From an uncultured bacterium (GTDB taxonomy: Bacteria > Patescibacteriota > Minisyncoccia > UBA6257 > GWB1-50-10), in the NCBI GenBank assembly GCA_963722655.1, contig CAVRNT010000002.1, forward strand, positions 138,520 to 202,519: a stretch of 64,000 nucleotides of DNA. The letters are read 5' to 3'. The notes beneath the pieces were generated by a model, which saw nothing but the letters and a program-made list of their open reading frames with translations, ran no database searches and was not told the DNA's origin. This document shows positions 8,330 through 17,500 of this stretch, in pieces (positions within the stretch are counted from its first letter, which is position 1; each line of letters opens with the position of its first letter). The position numbers were made by a program, and so were the translations under genes.

Positions 8330-9427
8330 TCAGGATCTCCTCATGGCGACCTGGGTCGTGATGCCGCCCATCGTGAGCAAGATCGCGAGGGCCGTGCCGC
8401 CGTAACTGATGAAGGGTAAGGGCACGCCCGTGAGCGGAATGACGCCCGAGATGGCGCCGATGTTCACGAAGGCCTGGAGCCCGATGATGGTCATAAAACC
8501 GGTGACCATCAATCTACCAAAGGCGTCCGGCGCCCGTTTCGCGATCCGGAGCCCCCGCCAGATGAAGAGCAGGAAAAGGAGAACTAGCGCCCCCGCCCCC
8601 ACGAACCCCAGTTCCTCGCCGATCACGGCGAAGATGGAGTCGCCGATGGGCTCGGGCAGGAAGTGGAGCTTGGTCGTGGAGCGCCCGTAGCCCACGCCCC
8701 AAAGCCCGCCGGAGCCGATGGCGATGAGCGATTGGTTGATCTGGTAATTGGTACTCAAGGTGTTGCTCTGCTTGTTCAAAAATCCGGTCACCCGCTGCAG
8801 CCGGTAAGGGGTGGCGAGGAGGAGGACGGCGAAGGCCAACGCCCCGACGAGGATGACGAGGAGGATGTAGCGCCACTTCGCCCCGGCGGCGAAATACATC
8901 GCGAGGGCCCCGGCGGCGACGAGGGCCGCCGTCGTCGTCGCGGGCTGGAGGATAAGGGGTAAAAGGACGCTCGCGAGGAGCAAACCGAAGGGCAGAAGCC
9001 CCGCCCCGAAGCTTTGGGCCCGAGCCTTGCCTTTGGCAAGCCAAGCCGCGGCGTAGACTATGAAGGTGAACTTCACGACCTCACCGGGCTGAAAGGTGAA
9101 GCTCCCGAACTGGAGCCAGCGGTCGGCGCCGAGGGCATGGAAACCGAGGGGCGTGAAGACGAGGAGCAGGAGGCCGATGCTCAGGACGAGGAGCGGCACG
9201 CTGAACTTCGCCCAGAAGTGGTAATCCACGAAGAGGCCGACGAAGAAACCGACGATGCCGGGCAGGAGGCCGTAGAGGATCTGGTGCTCCAGATAATAGA
9301 AGCTCGAGCCGAACTGCGAACGGGCGAGGTCGGAAGAGGCGCTCGCGAGCATCACGAGGCCGAAGACCGTGAGGATGAAAAGGAAGGTGATGAAGGCGTA
9401 GTCGATGTTGCCCGCCAGGCGTTTCAT
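8330..9427 (-). CDS. ftsW: Peptidoglycan glycosyltransferase FtsW (SEDS family)
   Basis: 365-aa polytopic protein from MKRLAGNIDYAFITFL. C-terminal SEDS block LPEPIGDSIFAVIGEELGFVG...PLPFISYGGTA. The ATG overlaps the upstream gene's stop (ATGA). The longer ORF-track version (to 10291) is a GC artifact. Confidence 0.85.
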   Translation of the reverse strand: MKRLAGNIDYAFITFLFILTVFGLVMLASASSDLARSQFGSSFYYLEHQILYGLLPGIVGFFVGLFVDYHFWAKFSVPLLVLSIGLLLLVFTPLGFHALGADRWLQFGSFTFQPGEVVKFTFIVYAAAWLAKGKARAQSFGAGLLPFGLLLASVLLPLILQPATTTAALVAAGALAMYFAAGAKWRYILLVILVGALAFAVLLLATPYRLQRVTGFLNKQSNTLSTNYQINQSLIAIGSGGLWGVGYGRSTTKLHFLPEPIGDSIFAVIGEELGFVGAGALVLLFLLFIWRGLRIAKRAPDAFGRLMVTGFMTIIGLQAFVNIGAISGVIPLTGVPLPFISYGGTALAILLTMGGITTQVAMRRS

Positions 9428-10845
9428 AGGACCAAGCCGTTCCTTGCGACGGAAAAGACGCCGTCCGCGAAGACCTCGACGCCGCCGACGAAGACCGACT
9501 GGACCTTGTCGTCCCGGAGGATCACGATGTCGGCGAAATGGTCGGGGGCGATGAGGCCGCGTTTCTGGAGCCCCAGTTTTTTGGCCGGCGCGCCGGTGAG
9601 CTTGGCGATGATCTGTTCCTGGGGAAGCTTGCCACCCGAGGAAGCCGCCGCGAAGATCTCCTTGAAATCCCCTTCCGCTTCGTGAAAGCTCAAAGTGAGG
9701 ATGGTGCGGGCATTGCCGACGATTTCCTCGAGCACGGGTCCGTCGATCCCGGGGTCGGCGATGTGGCACTTGAGGCCGGTCGTGAGCGCAAGCTTGAGGA
9801 AGGCCCGTTCGGGGCGCGTTCCCCAACTCGCGGCGAGGTCGCCGATCCGCTTGCCTTTGAGGAACTTGAGATGTCGCGGCGCCTCGGCGACCCGCATTTC
9901 GGCGAGCGGCAACTTTTTGAAATGTTCCAGGACGCGGTCCTTGGCGTGGGCCGACTTGAGGTCGGCGAGCGTCGCCTCGAGCGTGCCGCTCCGGAACCAA
10001 TGTGGGAGGAACGAAGCGATGCCGAAATGGGCGTAAGGGAGTGGGAAGACGTCGAAGCCGACGTGCGCCCGGGCGGCCTGCTTTTCGATCGTTCCCAATG
10101 CGGTCTTCACCGCGGCCGCCTCCGCCGCCCGCGGTTCGAAGTGGGTGAACTCGATGCTCGCGCCGCTCTTCTTTCCCACGGCGAGAACCCGCCCGAGGCG
10201 TTCGCCAAGCTCCCCTGCCCCGCCGCTCAGATGGAGCGCGAGGACCTTCTTCGCTCGGCTCGCCTCGAGGGCGAGAGCGAGAAGCTCCCAATCCGGCAGG
10301 CGGAGGGCTTCAAGATCGCCCAAACCGATGCCCAGAGCGCCTTCTTTGAGGGCGGCCCTCACAACGAGAGCGAGCTGTTCCATCTCGCGGGGGTCCAGAT
10401 CGCGCCCTTCCCCGCCGGTGAAGGCGGCGCGGAGGCCCGCGTAGCCGACGAGCGTGCCGAAGTTTAAGGCCGGCTTCATCCTTTCGAACGTCCTCCGGAA
10501 TTCGCCGAGCGTCCGCCAAGAGTGGCTCGCGTGACGCAGGGGCAAAAGGAGCGGCGCGAGGGAGTTGCCGTCCGTGCCGTCCACGACGGTCGTGATGCCT
10601 CGGCGCAGGAGATAATGCTGGGCCTCGGCCGAAAAAATCTCGTCTTCGGATTCCGGTTCGAAATCCATCTCGACGACGCCCGGTATCACCGTCGCGCCCG
10701 TCGCGTCGATGACCCGCTCCGCTTCCCGCCGACCGATGTCACCCAAGCGTGCGACGCGCGCCCGTTGGACCAAGACGTCCGTCTTTTTGGGCGGTACGCC
10801 CGTGCCGTCGTAAACCAAACCGTTTTTAATGAGGACTGCGCTCAT
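9424..10845 (-). CDS. Amidohydrolase-superfamily protein (D-aminoacylase-like fold) lacking the HxH metal-binding motif
   Basis: N-terminus MSAVLIKNGLVYDGTGVPP...RLGDIG...VIDATGATVIPG is the typical small beta-sandwich lead-in of D-aminoacylase/dihydroorotase-type amidohydrolases. Where HTH(Y)D is expected it reads EMDFEP. It sits where murD normally lies, between mraY and ftsW. Confidence 0.55.
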   Translation of the reverse strand: MSAVLIKNGLVYDGTGVPPKKTDVLVQRARVARLGDIGRREAERVIDATGATVIPGVVEMDFEPESEDEIFSAEAQHYLLRRGITTVVDGTDGNSLAPLLLPLRHASHSWRTLGEFRRTFERMKPALNFGTLVGYAGLRAAFTGGEGRDLDPREMEQLALVVRAALKEGALGIGLGDLEALRLPDWELLALALEASRAKKVLALHLSGGAGELGERLGRVLAVGKKSGASIEFTHFEPRAAEAAAVKTALGTIEKQAARAHVGFDVFPLPYAHFGIASFLPHWFRSGTLEATLADLKSAHAKDRVLEHFKKLPLAEMRVAEAPRHLKFLKGKRIGDLAASWGTRPERAFLKLALTTGLKCHIADPGIDGPVLEEIVGNARTILTLSFHEAEGDFKEIFAAASSGGKLPQEQIIAKLTGAPAKKLGLQKRGLIAPDHFADIVILRDDKVQSVFVGGVEVFADGVFSVARNGLVL

Positions 10846-10860
10846 GTTTGCCGAGGTTTT

Positions 10861-11907
10861 TTAAATGAAGTGGGCCAAGAAGAAGAGGACCAGGCCGAAG
10901 ATCGTCACGACCGCCCCCACGATCCAGAAGCGCATCGTCACTTGGCTCTCGGGCCAGCCCAAGGCCTCGAAGTGGTGGTGGACCGGCGTCGAAAGGAAAA
11001 TCTTCCGCTTGAAGAACTTCTTGCTGATGAGCTGGATGATGACCGTGACCGATTCGGCCATCAAGACGAAGCCGAAGAACGGCAGGAAGAGCGCCGTGTC
11101 GGTCTGCATCGCCATCACGCCCAAGGCAACGCCCAAGGCCATCGAGCCCGTGTCACCCATGAAGAACTTGGCGGGATAGATGTTGAACCAAAGGAAGGCG
11201 AGGAGTGCTCCCAAGATCGCCGCGTTCATCGTCGCGAGATCGTAGTAGCCGAGGGTAAAAGCGACGACGGCGAAGGCGCCGAAGGCGAAAAGGAGGATGC
11301 CGCCCGCTAGGCCGTCCAAACCGTCCGTTTCGTTGGTGGAGAAGGCCGTCGCGACGATGACGAAGATGAAGAACGGGATGTACCACCAGCCGATGTCGAA
11401 GGTCCCGATGAAAGGCACGGCGAGCAGGTGCCGGCCGAGCCGGAAGTAGAACCACCAAGCGCCCAAGATGGCGACCAAGGTGTAGAGGGCAATCTTGTGC
11501 TTCATCTTGAGGCCGCCGCCGTGGGGCCCGATCTTCAAGATCCCCATGATGTCGTCCGCCATGCCGACCAAGGCCGCGAGGAGGAGGGCGGCGAGGGGCA
11601 GATAGGTCTCCTGCCGGCTCACGAAGTTGAAGTAATTGGCGAAACCGTCGAGGAAGTTCCCGGCGACGAGGAAGACGACGGCCAGGCCGATCACCGTCGC
11701 CCAGATGATGATGCCGCCCATCGTCGGGGTGTTCCCCTTGTGCTTATGGAACTGGTAGAAAACGGGGGCGCTCTTTTCGTCCCGGATGTTCACCTTCCGC
11801 AGATTGAACTTCTCGAGAGCGCGGAAAACGAACGGCGTGAGGATGAGCGCCACGACGAAGGAGAGGGCGAACATTATAAGGACCCGGGTTGCGGCAAATA
11901 CGGCCAT
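10861..11907 (-). CDS. mraY: Phospho-N-acetylmuramoyl-pentapeptide transferase
   Basis: Polytopic membrane protein with MADDIMG...STNETDGLDGLAGG...FFMGDTGSMALG motifs. Confidence 0.9.
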   Translation of the reverse strand: MAVFAATRVLIMFALSFVVALILTPFVFRALEKFNLRKVNIRDEKSAPVFYQFHKHKGNTPTMGGIIIWATVIGLAVVFLVAGNFLDGFANYFNFVSRQETYLPLAALLLAALVGMADDIMGILKIGPHGGGLKMKHKIALYTLVAILGAWWFYFRLGRHLLAVPFIGTFDIGWWYIPFFIFVIVATAFSTNETDGLDGLAGGILLFAFGAFAVVAFTLGYYDLATMNAAILGALLAFLWFNIYPAKFFMGDTGSMALGVALGVMAMQTDTALFLPFFGFVLMAESVTVIIQLISKKFFKRKIFLSTPVHHHFEALGWPESQVTMRFWIVGAVVTIFGLVLFFLAHFI

Positions 11908-11909
11908 TA

Positions 11910-12848
11910 TTAATCAGTATAGAACTTGTAGGCCTTTTGTACCCAATTCAAAATGTCATCCACTTCGCTCAGCCGGTCCCCGCTCCCCAAGATGACGACG
12001 GCCAAATGCTCGTTCCGGAAGGAGAGGATGGCCGCCAGGTTCTCCCCCGCCTTGGGCGAGGTGCCGGTCTTCCCGCCGAGGAAGTCGCCCCTCGTCGAAA
12101 GCGGGTCGATGTTCGCGACGATATTGGTGCGGTCGGAGTTCAAGGGCTGGGCGAGGAAGCTCGTGAGGCGGGTCCACCCCAAGATCTCCGGATGCCTCGC
12201 CAGGATGTAGTTCAAAAGCGCGAAGACGTCGCTCGCGGTCGTCGCGTCGTTGTCGTCCCACCCCGACGCGTCGTAGAGGACGGTGTTCCGCATCCCGATC
12301 GCCTGGGCCTTCGCCATGAGCATCGGGACGAACTGGTCGCGGCCGACGTAATCCGAAAAGGCCTCGGCGGCGCCGTTCGACGAAGCGAGGAGCATGATCC
12401 TCAAAAGGTCGCCGGAGTTGTAGATCTCGCCGCCCTTCAAATTCCCCGCCGTCCCTTCGGCAGTCGCGGTCGAGGTCGAAATCGGAATCTGCTTGTCGGT
12501 CCCGACATTTTCCAAGACGACCACCGCCGTGAGAAGCTTCGTGAGGGAGGCCATCGGCCAAGGACGTTCGGTGTTCACGCGCAGGTACGGGAAGTTGGTG
12601 TCCAAGGATTCCACGAGGACGGCCGAGGAGCTCACGTTCGGGTCCAACACGCTCCAATCGCGGACGGGGAGGTTGGCGTTCGTCCCCGCGCCCGCGCTCG
12701 CCGTGCCGCCGTAAGCGTCGGATGAGGTCGCCGCGTTCCCCGGCCGGTTCACGGTCGAGGCGGCGGGCGAACCCAAAAGCGAGCCGGCTTGCCACACGAG
12801 GACCGCCGCGAAGATGAGTAGCAGGACGATGATGAGCTGCCACTTCAT
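11910..12848 (-). CDS. D-alanyl-D-alanine carboxypeptidase (S11/PBP5-like, serine beta-lactamase fold)
   Basis: Signal/TM N-terminus, SxxK (ASLTK), SxN (ASSNGAAEA) and KTG (GGKTGTS) motifs in the right order. Confidence 0.7.
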   Translation of the reverse strand: MKWQLIIVLLLIFAAVLVWQAGSLLGSPAASTVNRPGNAATSSDAYGGTASAGAGTNANLPVRDWSVLDPNVSSSAVLVESLDTNFPYLRVNTERPWPMASLTKLLTAVVVLENVGTDKQIPISTSTATAEGTAGNLKGGEIYNSGDLLRIMLLASSNGAAEAFSDYVGRDQFVPMLMAKAQAIGMRNTVLYDASGWDDNDATTASDVFALLNYILARHPEILGWTRLTSFLAQPLNSDRTNIVANIDPLSTRGDFLGGKTGTSPKAGENLAAILSFRNEHLAVVILGSGDRLSEVDDILNWVQKAYKFYTD

Positions 12849-13432
12849 TGGACGGGCGGCACTTCCTTTTGCTCGGCCGTTTCTATGGCGCTTTCCGACT
12901 CGAACTGTTTCAAGATACCCTGGTATTTTTCGTACTCCGGCAGGTTCCGGATGCTCTTAACCCCCATATGTTTCAAAAAATCGAAACTGACGCTGTATTC
13001 GTAGACGTTCTTCTTGCCGGCTTCGAGCTCGCGGGTCACGAGACCGCGGATCAAAAGGTGCCGCAGCATGAAGGTGGAGTTCACGCCACGGATGTAATCG
13101 ATCGTGGAGCGCGGCACGGGGCCGAGGTACGCGATGAGCGATAGCGTCTCGAGGGCCGCGGGCGTGAGCTCCTCCTTGAACTCGCTCTCCAAGAGCTTCT
13201 TCGTGAGCCAAGCGAGATTCGGCTTCGTCGCGAGCTGGACCGACTTCCCCTCCTCGAGGAGCATCAAGCCGCGCTTCGGGTCGGCCGCGAGGTTCTGGGC
13301 AAGGACCTCTAAAAGCTCGCCGCATTCCTTTTCGGGAAAACCGGTGATCTTCGCGATCTTCGCCACCCCGATGGGCTCGCCGTAAAAGAAAAGAAGGGCT
13401 TCGATGGCCGCGAGTTTTTCGGATTCGTTCAT
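12845..13432 (-). CDS. scpB: Segregation and condensation protein B
   Basis: ScpB winged-helix signature EALLFFYGEPIGVAKIAKITGF...LETLSLIAYLGPVPRSTIDYIRGVNSTFMLRHL. ATG (MNESEK) at 13432 preferred. The ORF-track start at 13480 is a TTG. Confidence 0.75.
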   Translation of the reverse strand: MNESEKLAAIEALLFFYGEPIGVAKIAKITGFPEKECGELLEVLAQNLAADPKRGLMLLEEGKSVQLATKPNLAWLTKKLLESEFKEELTPAALETLSLIAYLGPVPRSTIDYIRGVNSTFMLRHLLIRGLVTRELEAGKKNVYEYSVSFDFLKHMGVKSIRNLPEYEKYQGILKQFESESAIETAEQKEVPPVQ

Positions 13433-13454
13433 AAGGTCGCTATGCTTGGATATT

Positions 13455-14168
13455 CTAGGCGGGACCGCCGTTTTTGACAATCGTTATCTCCCCGAACTGC
13501 CCCGGCTGGTCAACGGAGATCAACTGGTCGCGGATCATATGCAATATGGCGAGGAAGAGCACGACGATCTCGCTCCGCGCTTTGCCGTTCTTGAGCTTGC
13601 CGAAGCCCATCGGCTTTTCCGTGAGACGGGCGAAGATCTCTTCGATCTTGGCCTTCAAGTTGATGATCTCGCTTTTGATCCGCACGACGGGCTTCAGGAA
13701 CTTTTCGATCTCCCCGAGAAGGTTTTGGAGGCCGGCTTTGATGTCTTTGGGCTCGATCTTGGAGGGCGGGTAGAAGGCCGGCGCCCGGGCCATCAAGAAT
13801 TCGCGCGTCATCAAGACCGGAACCGGATGCCAGTTGGACTTGATGTGTACCTGGGCCTTCTTTAACTCTTGATATAGCCGCAAACGCGCCTCTAAATTCT
13901 TGATATCGCTCTCCTCCTCTTCGGTCAAGGGTAGCGTCGGCAGGAGGACCTTGGATTTGATGAGGAGAAGCTTGGAGGCGACGACCAAAAAATCGGCCAC
14001 GAGCGAGTGGTCTTTGTGCTCGGCCTCAAGCTTCTTCAAATATTCAAAAAAACTGCCGGTCACTTCGGCCAGGTTCACGAGCGTTATCTCCATCTTTTTC
14101 TCCTCGATGAGCTCCAGTAATTTGCCGATCGGACCTTGGTAGCTCTCTAAGCTGAGTTCATAGGGCAC
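13455..14168 (-). CDS. scpA: Segregation and condensation protein A
   Basis: YELSLESYQGPIGKLLELIEEKKMEITLVNLAEVTGSFFEYLKKLE matches the ScpA N-terminus. Apparent GTG start at 14168. Confidence 0.75.
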   Translation of the reverse strand: MPYELSLESYQGPIGKLLELIEEKKMEITLVNLAEVTGSFFEYLKKLEAEHKDHSLVADFLVVASKLLLIKSKVLLPTLPLTEEEESDIKNLEARLRLYQELKKAQVHIKSNWHPVPVLMTREFLMARAPAFYPPSKIEPKDIKAGLQNLLGEIEKFLKPVVRIKSEIINLKAKIEEIFARLTEKPMGFGKLKNGKARSEIVVLFLAILHMIRDQLISVDQPGQFGEITIVKNGGPA

Positions 14169-14190
14169 CTTTGAATGATATAATAATTCC

Positions 14191-14556
14191 GTGGATTCTG
14201 CATCCGATCACAACAAACTTTCTCCCGTTCTTCTCCTGCGCATCGGCCTCGGCTTGGTCTTCATCTATGCCGGCGCCCACGCAATCGCCGACCCTGGGAG
14301 CTGGACCGGTTTCGTCCCCGGCTGGCTCGGCAATATCATGAACCCCGTGACCTTCGTCTACATCCACGGCGCCTTTGAGCTCCTTCTCGGACTTGGCATC
14401 GTCATCGGCCTTTTCCTTCCCATTCTTTCCCTTCTCGCCTTCCTGGACTTTCTCGCCATCCTCGTCTTTTTCGGCGTGGACGACGTCACCTTCCGCGATT
14501 TCGGGCTTTTGATGTCCACGCTCGCCCTTTTTCTTCTAATAAGAAAGGAAAAATAA
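14191..14556 (+). CDS. DoxX-family small membrane protein
   Basis: 121 aa, three to four TM helices. LRIGLGLVFIYAGAHAIADP...GWLG pattern typical of DoxX. Apparent GTG start. Confidence 0.45.
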   Translation: MDSASDHNKLSPVLLLRIGLGLVFIYAGAHAIADPGSWTGFVPGWLGNIMNPVTFVYIHGAFELLLGLGIVIGLFLPILSLLAFLDFLAILVFFGVDDVTFRDFGLLMSTLALFLLIRKEK

Positions 14557-14590
14557 AAAATGGCCACCGCGGGGTGACCATTTCATTAAA
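14551..14590. terminator. Bidirectional hairpin terminator between doxX-like and ychF
   Basis: ATGGCCACC-GCGG-GGTGACCAT imperfect palindrome, flanked by AAAAATAAAAA on one side and TTTCATTAAA on the other. Confidence 0.4.
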
Positions 14591-14604
14591 CCGCTTGTTC
14601 GGCA

Positions 14605-15624
14605 TCATCCGTGCCTCACTTCAATCACGTCGCCGTCTTGGACAGCATACTCCTTCCCCTCCAACCTTAGCCATCCTTTTTGCTTGGCCGCGGCCCAACC
14701 GCCGGCTTCGATCAGCTTCTGCCAATTCACGACCTCGGCCCGAATGAACTTGTGCTCGAAGTCGGTGTGGATGACGCCCGCCGCCTGCGGCGCCTTCGTC
14801 CCCTTTTCTATCGTCCAAGCCCGCGTTTCGTCCTCGCCGGTAGTGAAGAAGCTGATGAGGTTTAAGATGGCGTAGGCCGCTCGAATCAGGTCCGGCACGG
14901 CGGTCTCGTCCGCGAGGTCCGCGACGACGTATTCAAATCCCATTCCCTTTATCTTCTGCTTCACCGCGTCCGTCGCCTCCTCCGGCGCACCGTTCAAAAG
15001 GAAGAGCTGGGGCTTGGCCGTGAGGAATTGCAATTCGGCTATCCTCGCGTTCTTGAGAATTTCGGAATGTTGCTTGAAGACCAAAAGCTCGCCGCTCTCG
15101 AGCGCCGTTTTGGCCCTTTTGAGCGCCTCCAAATTGGCGAGGGCCGTCTTGTCGCCGCTCCGCGCCTCGCCCTCAACTTTGGAAAGCGCTTTTCCGAGCG
15201 TGTCCAAGTCCTTGAAGATGAGCTCCATCTCGATCGTCTCAACGTCCCGGATCGGATTCACATCACCCTCCACGTGGACGATGTCGCCCTGATTGAACGT
15301 CCGCACGATGTGGACGATGGCTTGGACGTTGCGGATGTTCGCCAGGAACTGATTGCCGAGACCTTCGCCCTTGTTCGCTCCCTTCACTAACCCTGCGATG
15401 TCGTAGAACTCGACGACGGCGGGAATTTTCTTCTTCGAATGGGTCAGGTCTGCAAGCTTGTCGACGCGCTCGTCCGGCACCGCGACGATCCCAACGTTCG
15501 GGTCGATCGTGGCGAATGGATAATTTGCAATATGCACCTCCTGCTTCGTAATCAGCTTAAAAAGAGTGCTTTTCCCTACATTGGGTAACCCAACTATTCC
15601 CATTGCTAGAACATAATGCGACAT
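14605..15624 (-). CDS. ychF: Ribosome-binding ATPase YchF (Obg-family GTPase)
   Basis: GIVGLPNVGKSTLF P-loop, DIAGLVKGA, TGS-like C-terminus. Start at 15624 (MSHYVLAM) or at the internal ATG at 15603 (MGIVG). Confidence 0.85.
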   Translation of the reverse strand: MSHYVLAMGIVGLPNVGKSTLFKLITKQEVHIANYPFATIDPNVGIVAVPDERVDKLADLTHSKKKIPAVVEFYDIAGLVKGANKGEGLGNQFLANIRNVQAIVHIVRTFNQGDIVHVEGDVNPIRDVETIEMELIFKDLDTLGKALSKVEGEARSGDKTALANLEALKRAKTALESGELLVFKQHSEILKNARIAELQFLTAKPQLFLLNGAPEEATDAVKQKIKGMGFEYVVADLADETAVPDLIRAAYAILNLISFFTTGEDETRAWTIEKGTKAPQAAGVIHTDFEHKFIRAEVVNWQKLIEAGGWAAAKQKGWLRLEGKEYAVQDGDVIEVRHG

Positions 15625-15867
15625 TATTTGTAACGCCTACTGGTATGCGACCGTAGACACGTAATTGGATTGGCGACCCGATTATTCTTTCTACTACGTC
15701 CCTAACTATTGCCCTTTTCGTCACAAAGTTCAAGTCCTGAAGCATTTCAGCAGACTCTTTAGCAAATACCTCAATCTGATCTTGAGAAGGCAGAGTTACT
15801 TCATTCATCTCATTCCTTTGCGCTACTGCTTTTGCAAGCTGACTCGTTAGTGAGGTAACTCTATCCC

Positions 15868-16374
15868 TTAACGGATTAACATACTCAGGACCGGGAGGAA
15901 ATCCCCGTCCCCGGAAAGAACGATCGCCCGGTCAAAACTGTCCCTCTCCTTCATGAGATGGAACGTCATGTCGACATCGCAGTTCGCTTTCCGTTTCGTT
16001 GTACCATCATTCTGGTCATAGAGCTTCACAGGTTTGAGGAAGAGGTTATACCCGAACCCACTGAGCTTCTCGTAAAACCGCACGCGCTGGAGATGCCGGC
16101 CGATTAAGAGAAGTTCGGCTTCATTTAACTCCTGTCCCTCGTTCTTGAGGAGAGACACAAGATATTCCTCAAGACGGTTCAGGGGGACGGTTTCATCCTT
16201 CTGGTAATCGAAGGGGAAATCATGAATCTCCACGCCACCGAAATAGAGTACCTGACTTACGTCGTACTTATTCTTTAAGTATTTGAGAAATCTCTTGTAA
16301 TCGATCTTCCATCCCAAGCTTTTTTCTCCTCCGTAAAACAGGTTGGAAGCATCGATGAATGCGTAGGTACGCAT
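15868..16374 (-). CDS. NYN-domain (LabA/PIN-like) protein
   Basis: MRTYAFIDASNLFYG N-terminus and AIVLSGDGDFLPVL near the C-terminus, the two acidic clusters of the NYN/DUF88 fold. Markedly lower GC than flanking ychF/mpg. Confidence 0.6.
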   Translation of the reverse strand: MRTYAFIDASNLFYGGEKSLGWKIDYKRFLKYLKNKYDVSQVLYFGGVEIHDFPFDYQKDETVPLNRLEEYLVSLLKNEGQELNEAELLLIGRHLQRVRFYEKLSGFGYNLFLKPVKLYDQNDGTTKRKANCDVDMTFHLMKERDSFDRAIVLSGDGDFLPVLSMLIR

Positions 16375-16681
16375 GCCCTCATTGTATCGCTATCAGCCCG
16401 CGAAGTGAATGCTGATGCTGTCATGCGGCCATCCTCAGCTCACATCTGGCAGAATTGCCGCTTGCGAGAATTTTACCTCTCTTAAGCTTTGGAATCGGGA
16501 TGTTAAACTCAAACGGTATGGTAGAAATCATCGGAGAATTTTCATATCGTGTTGTGTCCCAACCAAGCCAATGGATAGTTTCATCCCGTTCAGGATAACA
16601 CCGGGTGGTAGATTTGACAAAATGAATTTTATCTGTTAACATTCAAAAAATTCGAGCCATTTAAAATTAAAAGGAGGGTGT

Positions 16682-16942
16682 ATGTTCGAACTCTTGTATT
16701 CGATCAAGATCCCGCTGGCGATAATGTACCTGGCCATAGGCGCGTTAACAGCCCATTGGTATGCAACCAGGGTTTCCGACAACCTGTATTATTGGAAGTA
16801 TCACCAACTTCAGAATGGATCGCGGAAATCCGGTAGGGCGATCGGTCATGTTCACGTGGTTAGTGGCAACGCCGGTAATAGCCGTACGCTGGCATCAATA
16901 CCAGGAGGAATTGCGCCATCCACACCGGCGCCATCATCATGA
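16682..16942 (+). CDS. Small hypothetical membrane protein (86 aa)
   Basis: AAAAGGAGGG RBS 5 nt before the ATG. TTGACA-N17-TAACAT promoter-like element upstream. N-terminal TM helix. An alternative overlapping frame (16761..16967) ends in a His-rich tail. Followed by an intrinsic terminator. Confidence 0.35.
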   Translation: MFELLYSIKIPLAIMYLAIGALTAHWYATRVSDNLYYWKYHQLQNGSRKSGRAIGHVHVVSGNAGNSRTLASIPGGIAPSTPAPSS

Positions 16943-16954
16943 GTTGCGTCATCA

Positions 16955-16995
16955 GGCGGTCCATTGACCGCCCTTTTATTTTATTATTTTGAAAT
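16955..16995 (+). terminator. Intrinsic terminator after the small 16682 ORF
   Basis: GGCGGTC-CATT-GACCGCC hairpin followed by TTTTATTTTATTATTTT. Confidence 0.5.
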
Positions 16996-17500
16996 TGTAC
17001 CTCTTCTTTGACCAAACCGGTCCCGCGTAGTCGATACCGACTCGCGGGCCCTTTCTTATCCCCTTTTTCCCGATCTTCACCCCCCGGTCCTCGAACCAAA
17101 GACCAGTCTTTTTCGAGACCGGTTTTCCGTAAACGCTCCCGTCTATTTTGAAGAATTTGGTCACGCGAGCGGGGCCTTTCACGCCCTCCACGGCGCGTAT
17201 CAGGACGGCCGCCGGGTATCCTTCCTCCCGCGTCACGACGTTCACGAGCCAGTGCATGCCGTAGGTAAAGTACGGATACCAGACGCCCGACTCGCCGAAC
17301 ATCACTTGGTTGCGCGCCGTCTTCCCGCGCGAGGCATGCGAGCCTTTGTCGTGCGGCCCGTCATAGGCTTCCACCTCGGTGATCATCGCCGCGAGCGTCT
17401 TCCCGCGATACCGGCGGACTAGATATTTGCCCAAAAGCCCCTCGGCCACCTTAAGCGTCGGCCGAGCGAAAAATCTTTCAGATAAGTTCCTTGATTTCAT
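16976..17500 (-). CDS. mpg: DNA-3-methyladenine glycosylase (Mpg/AAG family)
   Basis: FFARPTLKVAEGLLGKYLV...TEVEAYDGPHDKGSHASRGKTARNQVMFGESGVWYPYFTYGMHWLVNVV matches the AAG family signature. Confidence 0.8.
   Translation of the reverse strand: MKSRNLSERFFARPTLKVAEGLLGKYLVRRYRGKTLAAMITEVEAYDGPHDKGSHASRGKTARNQVMFGESGVWYPYFTYGMHWLVNVVTREEGYPAAVLIRAVEGVKGPARVTKFFKIDGSVYGKPVSKKTGLWFEDRGVKIGKKGIRKGPRVGIDYAGPVWSKKRYNFKIIK

Noticed and set aside
8409-10519. Numerous overlapping 60-300-aa ORFs on both strands across the ftsW/amidohydrolase region (for example 9014..9685, 9538..10467)
   Set aside because: Antisense or out-of-frame products of high-GC coding DNA with Arg/Pro/Gly-rich composition. The minus-strand genes have clear family signatures.
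9424-10845. MurD
   Set aside because: No Mur-ligase P-loop or Rossmann N-terminus. The N-terminus is amidohydrolase-like instead.
15557-15808. 83-aa minus ORF as an independent gene
   Set aside because: Its 3' third overlaps the ychF start in another frame. It is more likely a remnant. Reported only as a finding.
16761-16967. 68-aa alternative frame with a His-rich tail
   Set aside because: Overlaps the RBS-supported 16682 ORF. Cannot tell which frame, or whether a frameshift, is real.
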